Below are positions 48,246 through 59,425 of a stretch of 64,000 bases of DNA, in pieces; the stretch's first letter is position 1; each line of letters starts with the position of its first letter. The stretch lies in assembly GCA_963707635.1 (NCBI GenBank), contig OY970173.1, forward strand, positions 2,848,001-2,912,000, in the 5' to 3' direction. The DNA comes from Candidatus Latescibacterota bacterium (GTDB lineage Bacteria; Krumholzibacteriota; Krumholzibacteriia; WVZY01; JAKEHA01). The position numbers and the translations under genes are program-made. Below the pieces are notes generated by a model. The model was not told the origin of the DNA and did not search any database. It worked only from the letters and a program-made list of their open reading frames with translations.

Positions 48246-49547
48246 CTAGCGGGCCGCGATGACGTCGCCCTCGAGGCGGTAGCAGATGACCGCCATCGGC
48301 TCCGGTTCCTCGGTTTCATCGTAGAGTCCGTCGACGCCCTCCGCGGACATGGCCGCCTGCAGGAAGCTCGTCACCACGTACAGACGGTCCTTTTCGAACA
48401 CGTACAGGTCCTCGAGCGGGTCGCCCTCGCCCTGCAGAGTCACGGTCTTGACGAACTGACCCTGCGGGTTGAACACGTCGAAGGTGCCCAGCGTTCCCTT
48501 GGCCAGGTTGCGGGCGCCGGCGCTCGACAACACCCACATCGAGCCGTCGTCGCGCACGTAGATGTTCTCGATGTCCTTGGTCATGTCGTGGATGTTGACC
48601 TTGCAGTTCGGGATCATCTGCGCCCAGTGGCCCATCATCTTGTTCATGAAGTCTTTTTCCTTGGCGCTGCGGGCGATGTGCTTGTAGTCCCGCGTGATGA
48701 CCTTGTCGACCTTGCCACTCTTGTCCCACACCGTGATCTCGTAGTTGTCGTACGATTTGCATGCGTACACCTTGCCGTCCGGGCCCACTTCCCAGCGCCG
48801 TTCGAAGGTGTCCCAGGCCGCGTCGTCCATGAGGGCGGCGGCCATGTTGATCTCGTTGGTCTTCGACGCGTACTCGGCGACCTGTTTGCCGGCCGGGTCC
48901 ACGCTGGCGATGAAACTGGTGCGCGACCATTTCCCGGCCGCCTGGTCGAACTGCTGGCGGCCCATGAACAGCACGATGTTGCCGCCGCGCGAGTCGCCGC
49001 CCTGGATCAGCTGGAACCCGCCGTCCGGGGCCTGCGGGATGGGCTGGTCGCCCGCGGGAGTGCCCTCCTTGGTCAGCAGCACGATCTTGCCCGGCATCAT
49101 CTGGATGACCGCGGCCTTGTCGTCTTTGGTGAAGAACATCGAGACCGGGCGGCGGAACTCGCCCGGGCCCTCGCCTTCGCGTCCGATCGAGCGCAGCATC
49201 TCGCCGTCCTTGTTGTAGATCTTCACCGTCGAGAGCTGACTGTCGAGCAGGTACACGTTGCCCTGCGCGTCGATGTCGATGTCGCTGATGACGCCGAAGA
49301 ATTCGTCCTCGTTTTCGGAGTCGCCGCCGAGCCGCCACACTTCGGGCAGCTTGCTGGTCGCCGGCGCCACGAACCCCGTGGCAGGATTGGACACAGACTT
49401 GGCACCGGCGGCTCCCGGCGTCACTTTGCCCTGCCATTCACCCGCCTCTGCGCGGGCCGCGATCACGACCACCACCGCGACGAATACGGCAAGGCTGATG
49501 GCCGCAATACGCCACGCACGGAACCATTTTATCGAGTCGAGCTTCAT
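48246..49547 (-). CDS. Secreted 6-bladed beta-propeller (NHL/TolB-like) protein
   Basis: Signal peptide, DIDIDAQGNVYLLD, IGREGEGPGEF, FDVFNPQGQF. Confidence 0.85.
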   Translation of the reverse strand: MKLDSIKWFRAWRIAAISLAVFVAVVVVIAARAEAGEWQGKVTPGAAGAKSVSNPATGFVAPATSKLPEVWRLGGDSENEDEFFGVISDIDIDAQGNVYLLDSQLSTVKIYNKDGEMLRSIGREGEGPGEFRRPVSMFFTKDDKAAVIQMMPGKIVLLTKEGTPAGDQPIPQAPDGGFQLIQGGDSRGGNIVLFMGRQQFDQAAGKWSRTSFIASVDPAGKQVAEYASKTNEINMAAALMDDAAWDTFERRWEVGPDGKVYACKSYDNYEITVWDKSGKVDKVITRDYKHIARSAKEKDFMNKMMGHWAQMIPNCKVNIHDMTKDIENIYVRDDGSMWVLSSAGARNLAKGTLGTFDVFNPQGQFVKTVTLQGEGDPLEDLYVFEKDRLYVVTSFLQAAMSAEGVDGLYDETEEPEPMAVICYRLEGDVIAAR

Positions 49548-49773
49548 GGGAGTCCTCGCTCCTACGAGGTAGGAAATGCAAAAAGTGTATGCCCTGATTA
49601 CGGGTTCACCCGAACGGGGGTTTCGCGGAATGTCATCTATCCGCGCCGTGGCTCCAGTACCCGGGCCGGGGCCGTCTATTCGGCGGCCGGGATGGCTATT
49701 CTATACCCTATCGCCGGCGGTGGCAACCGCCTCCGAAGCGAAGGCCGCCTCCCGCAAGCACTTGAGTGCATCG

Positions 49774-51189
49774 CTATCGCTTCGGCCGGTACACGTGCGT
49801 GCTCTGGCCGAAGAATACCTCCGCCGCTTCCATGACCGTCTCCGACAATGTCGGGTGCGGATGGATGGTGAGTTTCACGTCGGAGGCCAGGGCACCCATC
49901 TCGATCGCGAGCACGCCTTCCGAGATCAGATCGCCCGCGCCGGCACCGACGATGCCGACGCCCAGCACGCGCTCGGACTTGGGATCGATCAGCAGTTTGG
50001 TGAGCCCGTCGGTGCGTTCGATCGACATGGCGCGGCCCGACGCGCCCCACGGGAACTTCGCGACCGCGATTTCCACGCCACGCTCCTTCGCCTGCGTCTC
50101 GGTCAGCCCGCACCACGCGATCTCCGGATCCGTGAACATGACGGCGGGGATCGCGGCGGGCTCGAACGCGACCTTGTGGCCGGCGATCACCTCCACCGCG
50201 GTGCGGCCTTCGTGGGACGCCTTGTGCGCGAGCATCGGGTCGCCGGTGACGTCGCCGATCGCGAAGATCGACGGCTCGGCGGTGCGCCGCTGCGCGTCGA
50301 CCTCGATGAAGCCGCGCGCGTTCACCTTCGCGCGCGTCTTCTCGAGACCGAAGCCGGCCGTGTTGGGCTTGCGCCCGACGGAGACGAGGACCTTCTCGAA
50401 CGTCGTCTCTTCCTTGGACGCACCGTCGAAGATGACTGCGACGCCGGCTGCGGTTTCCTTCGCGGCGACGACCTTCGTGTTCACCACGATGCGCTCGAAC
50501 GATTTCGCGAGGCGCTTCTCCAGCACGGCGACCAGGTCGCGGTCGGCGCCCGGGCACAGCCCCGGGAGCATCTCGACCACCGTCACCCGGCTCCCGAGTG
50601 CCGCGTACACGCTCCCCAGCTCCAGCCCGATGTAGCCGCCGCCGACCACCAGTAGAGTCTTCGGCACCGACTCCAGCTCGAGCGCGCTCGTCGAATCCAG
50701 CACTCGTTTCGAGGTTGCGTCGAACATCGGCAACGTCGCCGGGCGCGAGCCGGTCGCCACCACCGCGTGTTCGAAGGCCAAAGTCCGCGTCCCGCCGCCG
50801 GGGAGCGCCACCGCGAGCGTGTGCGCGTCGGCGAAGGTTCCCTGCCCGCGCACGTACGTCACCTTGCGAAACTTCGCCACCTGCCCGACGCCGCTGGTGA
50901 GCTTCTTGACGACGCCGTCCTTCCACGCGCGCAGTCCGTCGAGCGAGACGCGCGGGGCACCGAACTCCACGCCCATGGTCCTGGCCGCGTCCGCTTCGTG
51001 CAGGACACGCGCGACGTGGAGCAGGGCCTTCGAGGGGATGCAGCCGCGGTAGAGACACACGCCGCCAGGGTTCTCGTCCAGGTCGACCAGCGCCGTGCGC
51101 AGCCCGAGGTCCGCGCCGAGAAACGCCGCCGCGTAGCCGCCTGGACCGCCGCCGAGGACGACGAGCTGGAACGTCTCGGGCGCGGGCAT
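49774..51189 (-). CDS. lpdA: Dihydrolipoyl dehydrogenase (E3)
   Basis: GGGPGGY, GGVCLYRGCIPSK, HPHPTLSE. Confidence 0.97.
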   Translation of the reverse strand: MPAPETFQLVVLGGGPGGYAAAFLGADLGLRTALVDLDENPGGVCLYRGCIPSKALLHVARVLHEADAARTMGVEFGAPRVSLDGLRAWKDGVVKKLTSGVGQVAKFRKVTYVRGQGTFADAHTLAVALPGGGTRTLAFEHAVVATGSRPATLPMFDATSKRVLDSTSALELESVPKTLLVVGGGYIGLELGSVYAALGSRVTVVEMLPGLCPGADRDLVAVLEKRLAKSFERIVVNTKVVAAKETAAGVAVIFDGASKEETTFEKVLVSVGRKPNTAGFGLEKTRAKVNARGFIEVDAQRRTAEPSIFAIGDVTGDPMLAHKASHEGRTAVEVIAGHKVAFEPAAIPAVMFTDPEIAWCGLTETQAKERGVEIAVAKFPWGASGRAMSIERTDGLTKLLIDPKSERVLGVGIVGAGAGDLISEGVLAIEMGALASDVKLTIHPHPTLSETVMEAAEVFFGQSTHVYRPKR

Positions 51190-51195
51190 GGAGAG

Positions 51196-52563
51196 CTAAC
51201 CCTCGAGCGAGAGCAGAATGGGGTGCGCCAGCGCTTCGCACACCCAGCGCAGGAAACGCGCGGCGGCGGCGCCGTCGATCAGGCGATGGTCGTACGAGAG
51301 AGACAACGGGAGCACCAGGCGCGGCTGGAAGCCACCGTCGATGAACACCGGCTTCATGGTCGCGCGCGACACGCCGAGGATCGCGACCTCCGGCGCGTTG
51401 ACGATCGGCGAGAACGACGTCCCGCCGATGCCGCCCAGATTCGAGATGGTGAAGCTGCCGCCCTCGAGGTCGTCGGGCATGATCTTCTTCGCGCGCGCCT
51501 TTTCGGCGACCTGACCGATTTCGATCGAGAGCATGGCGATATTCTTCGTGTCGACGCCCCGAATCACCGGAACCAGGAGTCCCCGTTCCGTGTCCACTGC
51601 GACGCCGATATTCACGTACTTCTTGTAGACGATCTCGTTGCGCGCGAGGTCGATGCTGGCGTTGAAATCCGGGAAGCGCTTGAGCGCGGACGCGCACACC
51701 CGGGTGAGAATCGCGGTCATGGTGAGCTTGCCGCCCGCCGCTTCCACCCGCGGCGCGTACAGCTTGCGCGCGGCCTCGAGGTCGGTGACGTCGGCCTCGT
51801 CGTTCTGGGTCACGGCGGGCACCGTGGTCCACGCGTAGGAGAGATTCGACGCCGTCACCTGACGGATCTTCGACATCGGCACGCGCTCGATCGCGCCGAA
51901 ACGCGCGAAGTCCGGGAGCGCGCGCGCGAGTGTCGGACCGGCCGGCGCGTGCGCGGAAGCCGGCGCGGCGCCGGTGGCCGCCGCGATGATCGACTTCGCG
52001 TACCCCTGCACGTCCTCCGCGCTGATGCGTCCGCCGGGACCGGTGCCGAGCACCTGGTTGATGTCGACTCCCAGCTCGCGGGCGAGGCGGCGCACGGTGG
52101 GGGAAGCCGGCGCGGGCGTTCCCTGCTCGCTCGCCACCGCGACCACCGCGTCCGCGGTGGACGCCACCGCCGAGGCGACGGCTTCGCGCGCGGGTGGATC
52201 GGGAGGTGCGGGAGGTGCGGGTGTCGGGGCACGCGGCGTGCTCACCGGCGCGGCGCTGGCCGACGACGGCGGCGGCGAAGCGGCGCGAGGCGGCGCCGGA
52301 GCGCCGGTCGCGGCCGGCCGGTTGGACTCGGTGCCGACGCGCGCGATCACGTCGCCGACATTCACCGTGCCCCCCGGCTTGACCGTGATCTCGAGCAACG
52401 TTCCGGCGACCGTCGACGGCACTTCGAACACCGCCTTCTCCGTCTCCAGCTCGATCAAGGGCTGGTCGACGGCGACCGTGTCGCCGGGCTTGACGAGCAC
52501 CTTGATGACATCGCCCTCGTGGACGTTCTCGGAGATTTCGGGGAGGCGGATTTCGACGATCAT
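51196..52563 (-). CDS. aceF: Pyruvate dehydrogenase E2 (single lipoyl domain)
   Basis: ETEKA lipoyl Lys, PASPTVRRLARE, SYDHRLIDG. Confidence 0.93.
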   Translation of the reverse strand: MIVEIRLPEISENVHEGDVIKVLVKPGDTVAVDQPLIELETEKAVFEVPSTVAGTLLEITVKPGGTVNVGDVIARVGTESNRPAATGAPAPPRAASPPPSSASAAPVSTPRAPTPAPPAPPDPPAREAVASAVASTADAVVAVASEQGTPAPASPTVRRLARELGVDINQVLGTGPGGRISAEDVQGYAKSIIAAATGAAPASAHAPAGPTLARALPDFARFGAIERVPMSKIRQVTASNLSYAWTTVPAVTQNDEADVTDLEAARKLYAPRVEAAGGKLTMTAILTRVCASALKRFPDFNASIDLARNEIVYKKYVNIGVAVDTERGLLVPVIRGVDTKNIAMLSIEIGQVAEKARAKKIMPDDLEGGSFTISNLGGIGGTSFSPIVNAPEVAILGVSRATMKPVFIDGGFQPRLVLPLSLSYDHRLIDGAAAARFLRWVCEALAHPILLSLEG

Positions 52564-52569
52564 CCGGCC

Positions 52570-52598
52570 ATTATCGTACGGACGGGAAGCAAGTGCAA
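52570..52598 (-). promoter_or_regulatory. Candidate leaderless sigma-70 promoter of aceF
   Basis: TTGCAC-N17-GATAAT-N6-ATG with no Shine-Dalgarno. Confidence 0.5.
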
Positions 52599-52599
52599 G

Positions 52600-53100
52600 C
52601 TAGTCGAGATAGCCGGATTTCTCGCCGACATCGTCGTTCTCACGCTTGGCGCCGTGGGAGCCGAAGGTGGCGGCCAGTCCTGTCTCGAATTGCCGTTTCT
52701 CGGCGTCGGAGAGCCGCGCTTCGGGATGCGCCCACAGGTAGGTTCGCGGCGGCATGCGATTCGTGCGCACCATTTTCGCCGCCTCGTCGCCCTCGTTCTC
52801 GTCCATCCCCCAGCGCGACACGTTGAGCTCCGCGCGGGCTCTGTCCACGTCCCATCGCACAAGCCACGACGCCGGCGCCACGTGGCTGTACCACGGCCAG
52901 GTGGTTTCGTTGCTGTGACAGTTGGCGCATGCGGCGAAGAACAACTCGCGGGTCCGGGGAGTGTTCCAGGTCGGCTCCGCGACCACGGCCGGGTTGGAGT
53001 GGTCGCGGCCATAGGGAACCAGCTGAATGGCGACAACGAGTATCCCGATCGCGATCGAAATCTTCCGAAGCACGGCCCGAGTGCCCGTCGGGTCGATCAT
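52600..53100 (-). CDS. Heme-binding (Haem_bd) c-type cytochrome
   Basis: N-terminal TM, CANCHS, WPWYSHVAPASW, MPP..YLWAHP. Confidence 0.87.
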   Translation of the reverse strand: MIDPTGTRAVLRKISIAIGILVVAIQLVPYGRDHSNPAVVAEPTWNTPRTRELFFAACANCHSNETTWPWYSHVAPASWLVRWDVDRARAELNVSRWGMDENEGDEAAKMVRTNRMPPRTYLWAHPEARLSDAEKRQFETGLAATFGSHGAKRENDDVGEKSGYLD

Positions 53101-53101
53101 C

Positions 53102-55879
<2,778 letters not shown>

Positions 55880-55885
55880 TGGGTA

Positions 55886-55914
55886 ACGATACGTCACGAC
55901 GCCGGATGCGTCAA
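55886..55914 (-). promoter_or_regulatory. Candidate leaderless sigma-70 promoter of aceE
   Basis: TTGACG-N17-TATCGT-N6-ATG with no Shine-Dalgarno. Confidence 0.55.
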
Positions 55915-55928
55915 TCCGCGCACGCGCG

Positions 55929-56714
55929 TCAATCCGTCCAGTATTTCTCCAGGTGCAGGTTGCCGGCGCGCCGGGGCGTATGCTTGCGAAACCCCCGCGC
56001 CGCCAGCGCCACCTCCAACTCCTCGATCATCATCGGGTTGCCACACAGATAGACATGGCAGGTCTCGGGAGCGAGCGGGGCGCGCACCAGCGACAGGTAG
56101 CGGCCGGGCTCGAGCGCGTCGCCCACGCGGCCGCGCATTCCTCGCCAGCCGGAGTCGGGCGGCTCTCGTGTCGTCATCGGGAGATAGAGGAAATCGGGGT
56201 CACGCTGCGCCCGCGCTTCGAGCTCCTCCCGATATCCGAAGTCGGCGGCGTAACGCACCCCGTTGATCACCACGGCGCGCCGCCACGGCGGGTCGTCGCC
56301 GTGGGTTCGCAGCATGGAAGCGCAGGGTGCGATCCCGGTGCCGGTGGAGACCAGCACGAGATCCGCGCCGCGCGGGAAACCGTCGAGGGTGAAACCTCCG
56401 CTCGCCCGGGGCGAGAGCCACACGCGGTCACCCGCGCGTCGTTCGAACAGCCACGCCGTGAACTCACCGTCGTCCACACGCACGACGAACAACTCCACGT
56501 CCCGCCGCTGGTGTGCGGACGATCCGATCGAGTACGAGCGCTTGACCAGTTCACGCCGGCCGCCGGCTTGCGCAATCTGGCCTACGGATACGAACTGGCC
56601 GGGCTTGAAAACCGGAAACTCGCCGCTGTCGAGCGCTACCCACAGCCACATGAGTCCGTCGTGCACGTCCCGGCGGCGAACGATGGTGGCGTTGTACGCG
56701 AGTGGATATCGCAT
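55929..56714 (-). CDS. fpr: Ferredoxin--NADP+ reductase (bacterial Fpr type)
   Basis: FKPGQF, RSYSIGS, STGTGIAP, YLCGNPMMI, EKYW. Confidence 0.9.
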   Translation of the reverse strand: MRYPLAYNATIVRRRDVHDGLMWLWVALDSGEFPVFKPGQFVSVGQIAQAGGRRELVKRSYSIGSSAHQRRDVELFVVRVDDGEFTAWLFERRAGDRVWLSPRASGGFTLDGFPRGADLVLVSTGTGIAPCASMLRTHGDDPPWRRAVVINGVRYAADFGYREELEARAQRDPDFLYLPMTTREPPDSGWRGMRGRVGDALEPGRYLSLVRAPLAPETCHVYLCGNPMMIEELEVALAARGFRKHTPRRAGNLHLEKYWTD

Positions 56715-56942
56715 GGCGGGCTCTTGCAATCGACGCTACCACAGGCGGCGCTTTTCCGGCCACCCACGCGCTCGGAGAACGGCCTTGACTTTGACTCCGC
56801 GACGACTACACTAGGGCGATAATTTTTGCCGGCGCCCCTCGGACCCGCCGGCGGGCGGTGCCGCCGGGAGGAATCGCGCCGCCGACTCCGACTCTTCATC
56901 ACGCAGACACGTCGAAAGTTTGCCTTTTTTGGGAGCGAACGA

Positions 56943-57659
56943 ATGAAGCGCACCTATGCGTTCTGGGCGGCCGTGTCCCTGTGTCTGGTCGCATCGGCGG
57001 CCCCCGCGCTGGCGCAGGAACAGCCCCCAACCTCGAGCCCGACCCAGCCCCCGGTTTCGGCGGCAGAAGACACGCTCAAGACCACCGGCGAGGAGAAGCC
57101 GGCTGCGGCTCCGGCAGTGGCGCCGCCCGACACCATCACCACGGGGGCGCGCTCGCGACGCGCCAGCAAGGCGCAACGCACGATCCATCCCATCTTTTCC
57201 CTCGGCATCGGCTCCGCGGTCAACTACCAGCCCGATTCCTTCGCCGAAAACTACGATCCATCGTTCGGCATTCTCTTGAGCGGCGGCGCGCGTCGCGGAC
57301 CCTTCATCCTGGCCGCGTCGTTCGACTACAACTTCTTCTTCGCCAGCGGCACGACCCCCAACGATCTCAACGTGCTGATGGTGTTCGCCGATTTCAAGTT
57401 CTCTCCCCTGTCCGGCGCGGCGCAGCCGTACCTGCTGGTCTGCGGCGGATTGTATCGCACGTGGATCGTCGACGAGGATTACACCGAGATGGTGATGGGG
57501 TCCGGCGGTGGCGCGGGCGTCGAGATGAAGATCGGCGAGACCCGGCGGTTGTTTCTCGAAGGCCGCTACATCCAGGGGCAGACTCGCGAACGCACCGAGG
57601 ACGCGGCGAACACCGAGGTCATCCCCTTCCGCTTCGGTATGACCTGGGAAATACAGTAG
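56943..57659 (+). CDS. Outer-membrane beta-barrel protein with Pro/Ala-rich N-terminal linker
   Basis: Signal peptide, amphipathic strands, PYLLVCGG, FLEGRY, C-terminal FGMTW. Confidence 0.75.
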   Translation: MKRTYAFWAAVSLCLVASAAPALAQEQPPTSSPTQPPVSAAEDTLKTTGEEKPAAAPAVAPPDTITTGARSRRASKAQRTIHPIFSLGIGSAVNYQPDSFAENYDPSFGILLSGGARRGPFILAASFDYNFFFASGTTPNDLNVLMVFADFKFSPLSGAAQPYLLVCGGLYRTWIVDEDYTEMVMGSGGGAGVEMKIGETRRLFLEGRYIQGQTRERTEDAANTEVIPFRFGMTWEIQ

Positions 57660-57694
57660 TCCGCGACACGCCGCGGTGACCGCGGCTGACGGAC

Positions 57695-59296
57695 CTACTT
57701 CATTCCCGCCGCGCGCACTTCCGCCGGCACCGCCTGCGCAAACTGCTCGAAGTTCTTCTCGAACAACGCGACTAGCTCGCGCGCCTTCCGTTCGTACGCA
57801 GTCTTGTCGGTCCAGGTGTTGCGCGGGTTGAGGATCTCGGCCGGCACTGCCGGGCACTCGGTTGGAATGTCGAGGCCGAAGATCGGGTCTTTCGCGTACT
57901 TCACGTGGTCGAGCCTCCCCTCCAGCGCGGCGTGCACCATGGCGCGCGAGTACGCGATCTTGATGCGCGCGCCCACGCCGAAGCCGCCGCCGCTCCACCC
58001 CGTGTTGACCAGCCAGCACTTCGCATTGTGCTGGCGCATCTTCTTCGCGAGCAAGTCGGAGTAGACCGTAGGCGGCAGCGCCAGAAACGGCGCGCCGAAG
58101 CAGGTGGAAAACGTCGCCTGCGGCTCCTTGCCCATGCCGCGCTCCGTGCCCGCCACCTTCGCCGTGTACCCCGAGAGGAAATGGTAGCTCGCCTGCTCGG
58201 GGGTGAGCCGGGCGATGGGCGGCATCACGCCGAACGCGTCGCACGTCAACATCACGATGTTCCGCGGATGGTCGCCCGTACCCGCCAGCTTGGCGTTGGG
58301 AATCTGGGTAATCGGGTAGGACGCGCGCGTGTTCTCGGTGAGGCCGGCGTCGTTCAGGTCGATCTCGCGCGTGGTGTCGTCGACCACCACGTTTTCGAGC
58401 ACGGTGCCAAAGCGCCGGGTGGTGGCGTAGATCTCGGGCTCGGCTTCCGCGGATAGTCGGATGACTTTCGCGTAGCACCCGCCTTCGAAGTTGAAAATGC
58501 CGTGGTCGGTCCACCCATGCTCGTCGTCGCCGATCAAGCGGCGCTTCGGGTCCGCCGACAGCGTGGTCTTCCCGGTCCCCGAAAGGCCGAAGAACACGGC
58601 CGTGTCGCCGTTCGAGCCCTCGTTCGCGCTGCAGTGCATGGACAGCACGCCGCGCAGCGGCAGGAGATAGTTCATCACCGTGAAGATCGACTTCTTGATC
58701 TCACCCGCGTAGCAGGTGCCGCCGATCAGGATGATGCCGCGGCCGAAGTGGGCGAGTATGAACGCCTCGCTGCGCGTGCCGTCGATGGCGGGGTCGGCCT
58801 GGAACCCGGGCGCGCTGATGATGGTGAAGCTCGGCGTGTGGTTTCTGCGCTCGTCGGGGTCGGTGACGGGGATGAACATGTTGCGCGCGAACAGCGAGTG
58901 CCACGCGAACTGGGTGATGACGCGAACCGGAAGCCGCTGGTCCTGGTCGGCGCCGACCCAGCAATCCTGCACGTACACCATGCCGTCCTGGAGGTAGGCC
59001 TGCACGCGGTGGAGCAGGCGGTCGAACTTCTCCTCGCTGATCGGACGGTTGACCTTGCCCCACCAGATATTGCCTTTGCTGGAGACCTCTTCGACGACGA
59101 ACTTGTCCTCGGGACTGCGGCCGGTGTACTTGCCGGTCTCCGCGCACATGGGCCCGTGCGCGGCGATCAGCCCCTCGCCGTTCATGACGAATTCTTCGTA
59201 GAGGGTCGCAGGGGTGGGATTCCACACCACTCCGCCGAGGTTGGTGAGCCCGACCGCGTCGAGACCAACCTTCGGGGCAAACTCACTGTTCGACAC
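57695..59296 (-). CDS. pckA: Phosphoenolpyruvate carboxykinase (ATP)
   Basis: TGRSPEDK, YAGEIKK, FFGLSGTGKTTLS, LIGDDEHGW, FNFEGGCYAK; GTG start after GGAGG. Confidence 0.97.
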   Translation of the reverse strand: MSNSEFAPKVGLDAVGLTNLGGVVWNPTPATLYEEFVMNGEGLIAAHGPMCAETGKYTGRSPEDKFVVEEVSSKGNIWWGKVNRPISEEKFDRLLHRVQAYLQDGMVYVQDCWVGADQDQRLPVRVITQFAWHSLFARNMFIPVTDPDERRNHTPSFTIISAPGFQADPAIDGTRSEAFILAHFGRGIILIGGTCYAGEIKKSIFTVMNYLLPLRGVLSMHCSANEGSNGDTAVFFGLSGTGKTTLSADPKRRLIGDDEHGWTDHGIFNFEGGCYAKVIRLSAEAEPEIYATTRRFGTVLENVVVDDTTREIDLNDAGLTENTRASYPITQIPNAKLAGTGDHPRNIVMLTCDAFGVMPPIARLTPEQASYHFLSGYTAKVAGTERGMGKEPQATFSTCFGAPFLALPPTVYSDLLAKKMRQHNAKCWLVNTGWSGGGFGVGARIKIAYSRAMVHAALEGRLDHVKYAKDPIFGLDIPTECPAVPAEILNPRNTWTDKTAYERKARELVALFEKNFEQFAQAVPAEVRAAGMK

Positions 59297-59425
59297 GTAG
59301 ACCTCCGCAGAAACGAACGCTCGGCCAGCGCCGCGGTCTGGCCGAGCCAATCGGTGTTGAGGGAATGCGGAAATGGAGTTTAGCGAATCCGGTCGCGGCG
59401 CACCAGAGGGTTTTTCGCCGGTGCG

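Noticed and set aside
55908..55937. GCGTCAATCCG direct repeat as a CRISPR or iteron
   Set aside because: Only two 11-bp copies, one covering the fpr stop and one the aceE -35; no array or cas genes.
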